A stretch of DNA of 64,000 nucleotides, from the NCBI GenBank assembly GCA_964276515.1, contig OZ193909.1, positions 9,362,001 to 9,426,000 of the forward strand. Direction: 5' to 3'. This DNA is from Gordius albopunctatus. Taxonomy: Eukaryota. This document shows positions 24,801-38,500 of this stretch, one piece after another. The position numbers were made by a program, and so were the translations under genes. The notes under the pieces are model-generated. The model had not been told where the DNA came from, made no database searches, and was given only the letters and a program-made list of their open reading frames with translations. Every line of letters starts with the position of its first letter. Position 1 is the first letter of the stretch.

Positions 24801-26536
24801 CCGATAAGAATTTTTGCACGGGTGGAGTTTTAGATTGAGATAAACTAAACTTTTCGTGTTGCGTTTAGATTGTTTCAAAATCGCTTTCTAATCGCGTCTC
24901 TAGTTTTTATGAAACAAGCTCTATGTGATTATGATTAAAAGTTAATAATTTTTGAGGACGGATCAAAAATTATTTTTAACGAATTCACCTCTGACATCGA
25001 AAACTTTCACGAGGGCTATATGCTTTAACAAAAAAAATTGACAAAAATTTTGAGGTCGAAAAAAATATTTATTTTCATATTATTTGGAAAGGGGGCTGAA
25101 AAAATCTTTAAAAGTCAGTAAATATTCTTAGCATTATGTCCTTGTTAAAATCCTGATAAGAATTTTTGCAAGGGGGGAAATTTTAGATTTAGAGAAACTA
25201 AACTTTTCGTGTTGCGTTTAGATTCTTTCAAGATCGCTTTCAAATCGCGTCTCTAGTTTTTGTGAAACAAGCTCTATGTGATTATGATTCAAAGTTAATA
25301 ATTTTTGAGGACTGATCAAAATTTTTTTTAACGAATTCACCTCTGATATCGAAAACTTTCATGAGGGCTATATGCTTTAACAAAAAAAAATTGACAAAAA
25401 TTTTGAGGTCGAAAAAATATATTTATTTTCATATTATTTGTAAAGGAAGCTGAAAAAATCTTTAAAAGTCAGTAAATATTCTTAGCATTGTGTCCTTGTT
25501 AAAATCTCGATAAGAATTTTTACACGGGGGGAAGTTTTAGATTGAGAGAAATTAAACTTTTCGTGTTGCGTTTAGATTGTTTCAAGATCGCTTTCTAATT
25601 TCGTCTATAGTTTTTATGAAACAAGCTCTATGTGATTATGATTCAAAGTTAATAATTTTTGAGGACTGATCAAAAATTTTTTTTAACGAAATTACCTCTG
25701 ACATCGAAAACTTTCACGAGGGCTATATGCTTTAACAAAAAAAAATTGACAAAAATTTTGAGGTCGAAAAAAATATTTATTTTCATCTTATTTGGAAAGG
25801 GGGCTGAAAAAATCGTTTAAAGTCAGTAAATATTCTTAGCATTATGTCCTTGTTAAAATCCCGATAAGAATTTTTACAAGGGGGGAAGTTTTAGATTGAA
25901 AGAAATTAAACTTTTTATGTTGCGTTTAGATTGTTTCAAAATCGCTTTCTAATCGCGTCTCTAGTTTTTGTGAAACAAGCTCTATGTGATCGTGATTCAA
26001 AGTTAATAATTTTTGAGGACTGATCAAAAATTTTTTTTAACGAATTTACCTCTGATATCGAAAACTTTCATGAGGGCTATATGGTTGAACAAAAAATTTA
26101 AAGAATTTTGAGGTCGAAAAAAATATTTATTTTCATATTCTTTCGAAAGGGGGCGGAAGAAATATTTAAAAGATAGTAAATATTCTTAGCATTATGTCCT
26201 TGTTAAAATCCCGATAAGAATTTTTGCACGGGTGGAGTTTTAGATTGAGATAAACTAAACTTTTCGTGTTGCGTTTAGATTGTTTCAAAATCGCTTTCTA
26301 ATCGCGTCTCTAGTTTTTATGAAACAAGCTCTATGTGATTATGATTAAAAGTTAATAATTTTTGAGGACTGATCAAAAATTATTTTTAACGAATTCACCT
26401 CTGACATCGAAAACTTTCACGAGGGCTATATGCTTTAACAAAAAAAATTGACAAAAATTTTGAGGTCGAAAAAAATATTTATTTTCATATTCTTTCGAAA
26501 GGGGGCGGAAGAAATATTTAAAAGATAGTAAATATT
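6852..26536 (+). repeat. Satellite domain 1: HOR of form A-B-C-(D-E)n-D with a nested 702-bp dimer
   Basis: Monomer B (attGtgtcc, aatcTcgat, gaaAttacc, tcatCtta) starts at 7556, 10719, 12479, 16697, 20213 and 25481. D (gggtgga, gagataa) and E alternate with a 702-bp period. Confidence 0.85.
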
Positions 26537-29500
26537 CTTAGCATTATGTCCTTGTTAAAATCCCGATAAGAATTTTTGCACGGGGGGAAGTTTCAGATTG
26601 AGAGAAACTAAACTTTTTATGTTGCGTTTAGATTGTTTTTAAATCGCTTTCTAAGCCTGTCTTTAGTTTTTGTGAAACAAGTTCTATGTGATTGTGATTG
26701 AAAGTTAATAATTTTTGAAGACTGATCAAAATTTTTTTTAACGAATTCACCTCTGATATCGAAAACTTTCATGAGGGCTATATGGTTGAACAAAAAATTT
26801 AAAAAATTTTGAGGTCGAAAAAAATATTTATTTTCATATTATTTGGAAAGGTGGCTGAAAAAATCTTTAAAAGTCAGTAAATATTCTTAGCATTATGACC
26901 TTGTTAAAATCCCGATAAGAATTTTTGCAAGGGGGGAAATTTTAGATTTAGAGAAACTAAACTTTTCGTGTTGCGTTTAGATTCTTTCAAGATCGCTTTC
27001 AAATCGCGTCTCTAGTTTTTGTGAAACAAGCTCTTTGTGATTATGATTCAAAGTTAATAATTTTTGAGGACTGATCAAAATTTTTTTTAACGAATTCACC
27101 TCTGATATCGAAAACTTTCATGAGGGCTATATGGTTGAACAAAAAATTTAAAAAATTTTGAGGTCGAAAAAAATATTTATTTTCATATTATTTGGAAAGG
27201 TGGCTGAAAAAATCTTTAAAAGTCAGTAAATATTCTTAGCATTATGTCCTTGTTAAAATCCCGATGAGAATTTTTTCACGGGGGGAAGTTTTAGATTGAG
27301 AGAAATTAAACTTTTCGTGTTGCGTTTAGATTGTTTCAAAATCGCTTTCTAAGCCTGTCTTTAGTTTTTGTGAAACAAGCTCTAGGTGATCGTGATTCAA
27401 AGTTAATAATTTTTGAGGACTGATCAAAAAATTTTTTTAACGAATTCACCTCTGATATCGAAAACTTTCATGAGAGCTATATGGTTGAACAAAAAATTTA
27501 AAAAATTTTGAGGTCGAAAAAAATATTTATTTTCATATTATTTGTAAAGGAAGCTGAAAAAATCTTTAAAAGTCAGAAAATATTCTTAGCATTATGTCCT
27601 TGTTAAAATCCCGATAAGATTTTTCCACTGGGGGAAGTTTTAGATTGACAGAAATTAAACTTTTCGTGTTGCGTTTAGATTGTTTCAAGATCGCTTTCTA
27701 ATTTCGTCTATAGTTTTTGTGAAACAAGCTCTATGTGATCGTGATTCAAAGTTAATAATTTTTGAGGACTCATCAAAAAATTTTTTTAACGAATTCACCT
27801 CTGATATCGAAAACTTTCATGAGGGCTATATGGTTGAACAAAAAAAATTGACAAAAATTTTGAGGTCGAAAAAAATATTTATTTTCCTATTATTTGGAAA
27901 GGGGGCTGAAAAAATCTTTAAAAGTCAGTAAATATTCATAGCATTATGTCCTTGTTAAAATCCCGATAAGAATTTTTACACGGGGGGAAGTTTTAGATTC
28001 AGAGAAATTAAACTTTTCGTGTTGCGTTTAGATTGTTTCAAGATCGCTTTCTAATTTCGTCTATATTTTTTGTGAAACAAGCTCTAGGTGATCGTGATTC
28101 AAAGTTAATAATTTTTGAGGACTGATCAAAAAATTTTTTTAACGAATTCACCTCTGATATCGAAAACTTTCATGAGGGCTATATAGTTGAACAAAAAATT
28201 TAAAAAATTTTGAGGTCGAAAAAAATATAGGTTTTCATATTATTTGGAAAGGGGGCTGAAAAAATCTTTAAAAGTCAGTAAATATTCTTAGCATTATGTC
28301 CTTGTTAAAATCCCGATAAGAATTTTTGCAAGGGGGGAAATTTTAGATTTAGAGAAACTAAACTTTTCGTGTTGCGTTTAGATTCTTTCAAGATCGCTTT
28401 CAAATCGCGTCTCTAGTTTTTGTGAAACAAGCTCTTTGTGATTATGATTCAAAGTTAATAATTTTTGAGGACTGATCAAAATTTTTTTTAACGAATTCAC
28501 CTCTGATATCGAAAACTTTCATGAGGGCTATATGCTTTAACAAAAAAAATTGACAAAAATTTTGAGGTCGAAAAAAATATTTATTTTCATATTATTTGTA
28601 AAGGAAGCTGAAAAAATCTCTGAAAGTCAGTAAATATTCTTAGCATTATGTCCTTGTTAAAATCCCGATAAGAATTTTTGCACGGGGGGAAGTTTTAGAT
28701 TGAGAGAAACTAAACTTTTTATGTTGCGTTTAGATTGTTTTTAAATCGCTTTCTAAGCCTGTCTTTAGTTTTTGTGAAACAAGTTCTATGTGATTGTGAT
28801 TGAAAGTTAATAATTTTTGAAGACTGATCAAATTTTTTTTTAACGAATTCACCTCTGATATCGAAAACTTTCATGAGGGCTATATGGTTGAACAAAAAAT
28901 TTAAAAAATTTTGAGGTCGAAAAAAATATTTATTTTCATATTATTTGGAAAGGTGGCTGAAAAAATGTTTAAAAGTCAGTAAATATTCTTAGCATTATGA
29001 CCTTGTTAAAATCCCGATAAGAATTTTTGCAAGGGGGGAAATTTTAGATTTAGAGAAACTAAACTTTTCGTGTTGCGTTTAGATTCTTTCAAGATCGCTT
29101 TCAAATCGCGTCTCTAGTTTTTGTGAAACAAGCTCTTTGTGATTATGATTCAAAGTTAATAATTTTTGAGGACTGATCAAAATTTTTTTTAACGAATTCA
29201 CCTCTGATATCGAAAACTTTCATGAGGGCTATATGCTTTAACAAAAAAAATTGACAAAAATTTTGAGGTCGAAAAAAATATTTATTTTCATATTATTTGT
29301 AAAGGAAGCTGAAAAAATCTCTGAAAGTCAGTAAATATTCTTAGCATTATGTCCTTGTTAAAATCCCGATAAGAATTTTTGCACGGGGGGAAGTTTTAGA
29401 TTGGGAGAAACTAAACTTTTTATGTTGCGTTTAGATTGTTTTTAAATCGCTTTCTAAGCCTGTCTTTAGTTTTTGTGAAACAAGTTCTATGTGATTGTGA

Positions 29501-32500
29501 TTGAAAGTTAATAATTTTTGAAGACTGATCAAAATTTTTTTTAACGAATTCACCTCTGATATCGAAAACTTTCATGAGGGCTATATGGTTGAACAAAAAA
29601 TTTAAAAAATTTTGAGGTCGAAAAAAATATTTATTTTCATATTATTTGGAAAGGTGGCTGAAAAAATCTTTAAAAGTCAGTAAATATTCTTAGCATTATG
29701 TCCTTGTTAAAATCCCGATAAGAATTTTTTCACGGGGGGAAGTTTTAGATTGAGAGAAATTAAACTTTTCGTGTTGCGTTCAGATTGTTTTTAAATCGCT
29801 TTCTAAGCCTGTCTTTAGTTTTTGTGAAACAAGTTCTATGTGATTGTGATTGAAAGTTAATAATTTTTGAAGACTGATCAAAAAATTTTTTTAACGAATT
29901 CACCTCTGATATCGAAAACTTTCATGAGGGCTATATGGTTGAACAAAAAATTTAAAAAATTTTGAGGTCGAAAAAAATATTTATTTTCATATTCTTTCGA
30001 AAGGGGGCGGAAGAAATAATTAAAAGATAGTAAATATTCTTAGCATTATGTCCTTGTTAAAATCCCGATAAGAATTTTTGCACGGGTGGAGTTTTAGATT
30101 GAGAAAAACTAAACTTTTCGTGTTGCGTTTAGATTTTTTCAAAATCGCTTTCTAATCGCGTCTCTAGTTTTTATGAAACAAGCTCTATGTGATTATGATT
30201 AAAAGTTAATAATTTTTGAGGACTGATCAAAAATTATTTTTAACGAATTCACCTCTGACATCGAAAACTTTCACGAGGGCTATATACTTTAACAAAAAAA
30301 ATTGACAAAAATTTTGAGGTCGAAAAAAATATTTATTTTCATATTATTTGGAAAGGTGGCTGAAAAAATGTTTAAAAGTCAGTAAATATTCTTAGCATTA
30401 TGTCCTTGTTAAAATCCCGATAAGAATTTTTTCACGGGGGAAGTTTTAGATTGAGAGAAACTAAACTTTTTATGTTGCGTTTAGATTGTTTCAAAATCGC
30501 TTTCAAATCGCGTCTCTAGTTTTTGTGAAACAAGCTCTATGTGATTATGATTAAAAGTTAATAATTTTTGAGGACTGATCAAAAAATTTTTTTAACGAAT
30601 TCACCTCTGACATCGAAAACTTTCATGAATGCTATATGCTTTAACAAAAAAAATTGACAAAAATTTTGACGTCGAAAAAAATATTTATTTTCATATTCTT
30701 TAGAAAGGGGGCTGAAGAAATATTTAAAAGTCAGTAAATATTCTTAGCATTATGTCCTTGTTAAAATCCCGATAAGAATTTTTGCACGGGGGGAAGTTTT
30801 AGATTGAGAGAAACTAAACTTTTTATGTTGCGTTTAGATTGTTTTTTAATCGCTTTCTAAGCCTGTCTTTAGTTTTTGTGAAACAAGTTCTATGTGATTG
30901 TGATTGAAAGTTAATAATTTTTGAAGACTGATCAAAATTTTTTTTAACGAATTCACCTCTGATATCGAAAACTTTCATGAGGGCTATATGGTTGAACAAA
31001 AAATTTAAAAAATTTTGAGGTCGAAAAAAATATTTATTTTCATATTATTTGGAAAGGTGGCTGAAAAAATCTTTAAAAGTCAGTAAATATTCTTAGCATT
31101 ATGTCCTTGTTAAAATCCCGATAAGAATTTTTTCACGGGGGGAAGTTTTAGATTGAGAGAAATTAAACTTTTCGTGTTGCGTTTATATTGTTTCAAAATC
31201 GCTTTCTAATCGCGTCTCTAGTTTTTATGAAACAAGCTCTATGTGATTATGATTAAAAGTTAATAATTTTTGAGGACTGATCAAAAAATTTTTTTAACGA
31301 ATTCACCTCTGACATCGAAAACTTTCATGAATGCTATATGCTTTAACAAAAAAAATTGACAAAAATTTTGACGTCGAAAAAAATATTTATTTTCATATTC
31401 TTTAGAAAGGGGGCTGAAGAAATATTTAAAAGTCAGTAAATATTCTTAGCATTATGTCCTTGTTAAAATCCCGATAAGAATTTTTGCACGGGGGGAAGTT
31501 TTAGATTGAGAGAAACTAAACTTTTTATGTTGCGTTTAGATTGTTTTTAAATCGCTTTCTAAGCCTGTCTTTAGTTTTTGTGAAACAAGCTCTAGGTGAT
31601 CGTGATTCAAAGTTAATAATTTTTGAGGACTGATCAAAATTTTTTTTTAACGAATTCACCTCTGATATCGAAAACTTTCATGAGGGCTATATGGTTGAAC
31701 AAAAAATTTAAAAAATTTTGAGGTCGAAAAAATATATTTATTTTCATATTATTTGGAAAGGGGGCTGAAAAAATCTTTAAAAGTCAGTAAATATTCTTAG
31801 CATTATGTCCTTGTTAAAATCCCGATAAGAATTTTTACACGGGGTGAAGTTTTAGATTGAGAGAAATTAAACTTTTCGTGTTGCGTTTAGATTGTTTCAA
31901 GATCGCTTTCTAATCGCGTCTCTAGTTTTTGTGAAACAAGCTCTATGTGATCGTGATTCAAAGTTAATAATTTTTGAGGACTGATCAAAAATTTTTTTTA
32001 ACGAATTCACCTCTGATATCGAAAACTTTCATGAGAGCTATATGGTTGAACAAAAAATTTAAAAAATTTTGAGGTCGAAAAAAATATTTATTTTCATATT
32101 ATTTGTAAAGGAAGCTGAAAAAATCTTTAAAAGTCAGAAAATATTCTTAGCATTATGTCCTTGTTAAAATCCCGATAAGATTTTTCCACTGGGGGAAGTT
32201 TTAGATTGACAGAAATTAAACTTTTCGTGTTGCGTTTAGATTGTTTCAAGATCGCTTTCTAATTTCGTCTATAGTTTTTGTGAAACAAGCTCTATGTGAT
32301 CGTGATTCAAAGTTAATAATTTTTGAGGACTCATCAAAAAATTTTTTTAACGAATTCACCTCTGATATCGAAAACTTTCATGAGGGCTATATGGTTGAAC
32401 AAAAAAAATTGACAAAAATTTTGAGGTCGAAAAAAATATTTATTTTCCTATTATTTGGAAAGGGGGCTGAAAAAATCTTTAAAAGTCAGTAAATATTCAT

Positions 32501-35500
32501 AGCATTATGTCCTTGTTAAAATCCCGATAAGAATTTTTACACGGGGGGAAGTTTTAGATTCAGAGAAATTAAACTTTTCGTGTTGCGTTTAGATTGTTTC
32601 AAGATCGCTTTCTAATTTCGTCTATATTTTTTGTGAAACAAGCTCTAGGTGATCGTGATTCAAAGTTAATAATTTTTGAGGACTGATCAAAAAATTTTTT
32701 TAACGAATTCACCTCTGATATCGAAAACTTTCATGAGGGCTATATAGTTGAACAAAAAATTTAAAAAATTTTGAGGTCGAAAAAAATATAGGTTTTCATA
32801 TTATTTGGAAAGGGGGCTGAAAAAATCTTTAAAAGTCAGTAAATATTCTTAGCATTATGTCCTTGTTAAAATCCCGATAAGAATTTTTGCAAGGGGGGAA
32901 ATTTTAGATTTAGAGAAACTAAACTTTTCGTGTTGCGTTTAGATTCTTTCAAGATCGCTTTCAAATCGCGTCTCTAGTTTTTGTGAAACAAGCTCTTTGT
33001 GATTATGATTCAAAGTTAATAATTTTTGAGGACTGATCAAAATTTTTTTTAACGAATTCACCTCTGATATCGAAAACTTTCATGAGGGCTATATGCTTTA
33101 ACAAAAAAAATTGACAAAAATTTTGAGGTCGAAAAAAATATTTATTTTCATATTATTTGTAAAGGAAGCTGAAAAAATCTCTGAAAGTCAGTAAATATTC
33201 TTAGCATTATGTCCTTGTTAAAATCCCGATAAGAATTTTTGCACGGGGGGAAGTTTTAGATTGGGAGAAACTAAACTTTTTATGTTGCGTTTAGATTGTT
33301 TTTAAATCGCTTTCTAAGCCTGTCTTTAGTTTTTGTGAAACAAGTTCTATGTGATTGTGATTGAAAGTTAATAATTTTTGAAGACTGATCAAAAAATTTT
33401 TTTAACGAATTCACCTCTGATATCGAAAACTTTCATGAGGGCTATATAGTTGAACAAAAAATTTAAAAAATTTTGAGGTCGAAAAAAATATAGGTTTTCA
33501 TATTATTTGGAAAGGTGGCTGAAAAAATGTTTAAAAGTCAGTAAATATTCTTAGCATTATGACCTTGTTAAAATCCCGATAAGAATTTTTGCAAGGGGGG
33601 AAATTTTAGATTTAGAGAAACTAAACTTTTCGTGTTGCGTTTAGATTCTTTCAAGATCGCTTTCAAATCGCGTCTCTAGTTTTTGTGAAACAAGCTCTTT
33701 GTGATTATGATTCAAAGTTAATAATTTTTGAGGACTGATCAAAATTTTTTTTAACGAATTCACCTCTGATATCGAAAACTTTCATGAGGGCTATATGCTT
33801 TAACAAAAAAAATTGACAAAAATTTTGAGGTCGAAAAAAATATTTATTTTCATATTATTTGTAAAGGAAGCTGAAAAAATCTTTAAAAGTCAGTAAATAT
33901 TCATAGCATTATGTCCTTGTTAAAATCCCGATAAGAATTTTTACACGGGGGGAAGTTTTAGATTCAGAGAAATTAAACTTTTCGTGTTGCGTTTAGATTG
34001 TTTCAAGATCGCTTTCTAATTTCGTCTATATTTTTTGTGAAACAAGCTCTAGGTGATCGTGATTCAAAGTTAATAATTTTTGAGGACTGATCAAAAAATT
34101 TTTTTAACGAATTCACCTCTGATATCGAAAACTTTCATGAGGGCTATATAGTTGAACAAAAAATTTAAAAAATTTTGAGGTCGAAAAAAATATAGGTTTT
34201 CATATTATTTGGAAAGGTGGCTGAAAAAATGTTTAAAAGTCAGTAAATATTCTTAGCATTATGACCTTGTTAAAATCCCGATAAGAATTTTTGCAAGGGG
34301 GGAAGTTTTAGATTGAGAGAAATTAAACTTTTCGTGTTGCGTTCAGATTGTTTTTAAATCGCTTTCTAAGCCTGTCTTTAGTTTTTGTGAAACAAGTTCT
34401 ATGTGATTGTGATTGAAAGTTAATAATTTTTGAAGACTGATCAAAAATTTTTTTTAACGAATTCACCTCTGATATCGAAAACTTTCATGAGGGCTATATG
34501 GTTGAACAAAAAATTTAAAAAATTTTGAGGTCGAAAAAAATATTTATTTTCATATTCTTTCGAAAGGGGGCGGAAGAAATAATTAAAAGATAGTAAATAT
34601 TCTTAGCATTATGTCCTTGTTAAAATCCCGATAAGAATTTTTGCACGGGTGGAGTTTTAGATTGAGAAAAACTAAACTTTTCGTGTTGCGTTTAGATTTT
34701 TTCAAAATCGCTTTCTAATCGCGTCTCTAGTTTTTATGAAACAAGCTCTATGTGATTATGATTAAAAGTTAATAATTTTTGAGGACTGATCAAAAATTAT
34801 TTTTAACGAATTCACCTCTGACATCGAAAACTTTCACGAGGGCTATATGCTCTAACAAAAAAAATTGACAAAAATTTTGAGGTCGAAAAAAATATTTATT
34901 TTCATATTATTTGGAAAGGGGGATGAAAAAATCTTTAAAAGTCAATAAATATTCTTAGTATTATGTCCTTGTTAAAATCCCGATAAGAATTTTTGCACGG
35001 GGTGAAGTTTTAGATTGAGAGAAACTAAACTTTTTATGTTGCGTTTAGATTGTTTTTAAATCGCTTTCTAAGCCTGTCTTTAGTTTTTGTGAAACAAGCT
35101 CTAGGTGATCGTGATTCAAAGTTAATAATTTTTGAGGACTGATCAAAAAATTTTTTTAACGAATTCACCTCTGATATCGAAAACTTTCATGAGGGCTATA
35201 TGGTTGAACAAAAAATTTAAAAAATTTTGAGGTCGAAAAAAATATTTATTTTCATATTATTTGTAAAGGAAGCTGAAAAAATCTTTAAAAGTCAGAAAAT
35301 ATTCTTAGCATTATGTCCTTGTTAAAATCCCGATAAGATTTTTCCACTGGGGGAAATTTTAGATTGAGAGAAATTAAACTTTTCGTGTTGCGTTTAGATT
35401 GTTTCAAGATCGCTTTCTAATTTCGTCTATAGTTTTTGTGAAACAAGCTATATGTGATCGTGATTCAAAGTTAATAATTTTTGAGGACTGATCAAAAAAT

Positions 35501-38500
35501 TTTTTTAACGAATTCACCTCTGATATTGAAAACTTTCACGAGGGCTATATACTTTAACAAAAAAAATTGACAAAAATTTTGAGGTCGAAAAAAATATTTA
35601 TTTTCATATTATTTGGAAAGGTGGCTGAAAAAATGTTTAAAAGTCAGTAAATATTCTTAGCATTATGTCCTTGTTAAAATCCCGATAAGAATTTTTTCAC
35701 GGGGGGAAGTTTTAGATTGAGAGAAACTAAACTTTTTATGTTGCGTTTAGATTGTTTCAAAATCGCTTTCAAATCGCGTCTCTAGTTTTTGTGAAACAAG
35801 CTCTATGTGATTATGATTAAAAGTTAATAATTTTTGAGGACTGATCAAAAAATTTTTTTAACGAATTCACCTCTGACATCGAAAACTTTCATGAATGCTA
35901 TATGCTTTAACAAAAAAAATTGACAAAAATTTTGACGTCGAAAAAAATATTTATTTTCATATTCTTTAGAAAGGGGGCTGAAGAAATATTTAAAAGTCAG
36001 TAAATATTCTTAGCATTATGTCCTTGTTAAAATCCCGATAAGAATTTTTGCACGGGGGGAAGTTTTAGATTGAGAGAAACTAAACTTTTTATGTTGCGTT
36101 TAGATTGTTTTTAAATCGCTTTCTAAGCCTGTCTTTAGTTTTTGTGAAACAAGCTCTAGGTGATCGTGATTCAAAGTTAATAATTTTTGAGGACTGATCA
36201 AAATTTTTTTTTAACGAATTCACCTCTGATATCGAAAACTTTCATGAGGGCTATATGGTTGAACAAAAAATTTAAAAAATTTTGAGGTCGAAAAAATATA
36301 TTTATTTTCATATTATTTGGAAAGGGGGCTGAAAAAATCTTTAAAAGTCAGTAAATATTCTTAGCATTATGTCCTTGTTAAAATCCCGATAAGAATTTTT
36401 ACACGGGGTGAAGTTTTAGATTGAGAGAAATTAAACTTTTCGTGTTGCGTTTAGATTGTTTCAAGATCGCTTTCTAATCGCGTCTCTAGTTTTTGTGAAA
36501 CAAGCTCTATGTGATCGTGATTCAAAGTTAATAATTTTTGAGGACTGATCAAAAAAATTTTTTAACGAATTCACCTCTGATATCGAAAACTTTCATGAGA
36601 GCTATATGGTTGAACAAAAAATTTAAAAAATTTTGAGGTCGAAAAAAATATTTATTTTCATATTATTTGTAAAGGAAGCTGAAAAAATCTTTAAAAGTCA
36701 GAAAATATTCTTAGCATTATGTCCTTGTTAAAATCCCGATAAGATTTTTCCACTGGGGGAAGTTTTAGATTGACAGAAATTAAACTTTTCGTGTTGCGTT
36801 TAGATTGTTTCAAGATCGCTTTCTAATTTCGTCTATAGTTTTTGTGAAACAAGCTCTATGTGATCGTGATTCAAAGTTAATAATTTTTGAGGACTCATCA
36901 AAAAATTTTTTTAACGAATTCACCTCTGATATCGAAAACTTTCATGAGGGCTATATGGTTGAACAAAAAAAATTGACAAAAATTTTGAGGTCGAAAAAAA
37001 TATTTATTTTCCTATTATTTGGAAAGGGGGCTGAAAAAATCTTTAAAAGTCAGTAAATATTCATAGCATTATGTCCTTGTTAAAATCCCGATAAGAATTT
37101 TTACACGGGGGGAAGTTTTAGATTCAGAGAAATTAAACTTTTCGTGTTGCGTTTAGATTGTTTCAAGATCGCTTTCTAATTTCGTCTATATTTTTTGTGA
37201 AACAAGCTCTAGGTGATCGTGATTCAAAGTTAATAATTTTTGAGGACTGATCAAAAAATTTTTTTAACGAATTCACCTCTGATATCGAAAACTTTCATGA
37301 GGGCTATATAGTTGAACAAAAAATTTAAAAAATTTTGAGGTCGAAAAAAATATAGGTTTTCATATTATTTGGAAAGGGGGCTGAAAAAATCTTTAAAAGT
37401 CAGTAAATATTCTTAGCATTATGTCCTTGTTAAAATCCCGATAAGAATTTTTGCAAGGGGGGAAATTTTAGATTTAGAGAAACTAAACTTTTCGTGTTGC
37501 GTTTAGATTCTTTCAAGATCGCTTTCAAATCGCGTCTCTAGTTTTTGTGAAACAAGCTCTTTGTGATTATGATTCAAAGTTAATAATTTTTGAGGACTGA
37601 TCAAAATTTTTTTTAACGAATTCACCTCTGATATCGAAAACTTTCATGAGGGCTTGCTTTAACAAAAAAAATTGACAAAAATTTTGAGGTCGAAAAAAAT
37701 ATTTATTTTCATATTATTTGTAAAGGAAGCTGAAAAAATCTCTGAAAGTCAGTAAATATTCTTAGCATTATGTCCTTGTTAAAATCCCGATAAGAATTTT
37801 TGCACGGGGGGAAGTTTTAGATTGAGAGAAACTAAACTTTTCGTGTTGCGTTTAGATTCTTTCAAGATCGCTTTCAAATCGCGTCTCTAGTTTTTGTGAA
37901 ACAAGCTCTTTGTGATTATGATTCAAAGTTAATAATTTTTGAGGACTGATCAAAATTTTTTTTAACGAATTCACCTCTGATATCGAAAACTTTCATGAGG
38001 GCTATATGCTTTAACAAAAAAAATTGACAAAAATTTTGAGGTCGAAAAAAATATTTATTTTCATATTATTTGTAAAGGAAGCTGAAAAAATCTCTGAAAG
38101 TCAGTAAATATTCTTAGCATTATGTCCTTGTTAAAATCCCGATAAGAATTTTTGCACGGGGGGAAGTTTTAGATTGGGAGAAACTAAACTTTTTATGTTG
38201 CGTTTAGATTGTTTTTAAATCGCTTTCTAAGCCTGTCTTTAGTTTTTGTGAAACAAGTTCTATGTGATTGTGATTGAAAGTTAATAATTTTTGAAGACTG
38301 ATCAAAATTTTTTTTAACGAATTCACCTCTGATATCGAAAACTTTCATGAGGGCTATATGGTTGAACAAAAAATTTAAAAAATTTTGAGGTCGAAAAAAA
38401 TATTTATTTTCATATTATTTGGAAAGGTGGCTGAAAAAATCTTTAAAAGTCAGTAAATATTCTTAGCATTATGTCCTTGTTAAAATCCCGATAAGAATTT

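Noticed and set aside
27680..37056. Three identical 83-aa ORFs (27680, 32241, 36805)
   Set aside because: They lie inside satellite monomers, start at TTG, and exist only because a TGA>TCA variant (gactcatc) removes a stop. They are HOR markers, not genes.
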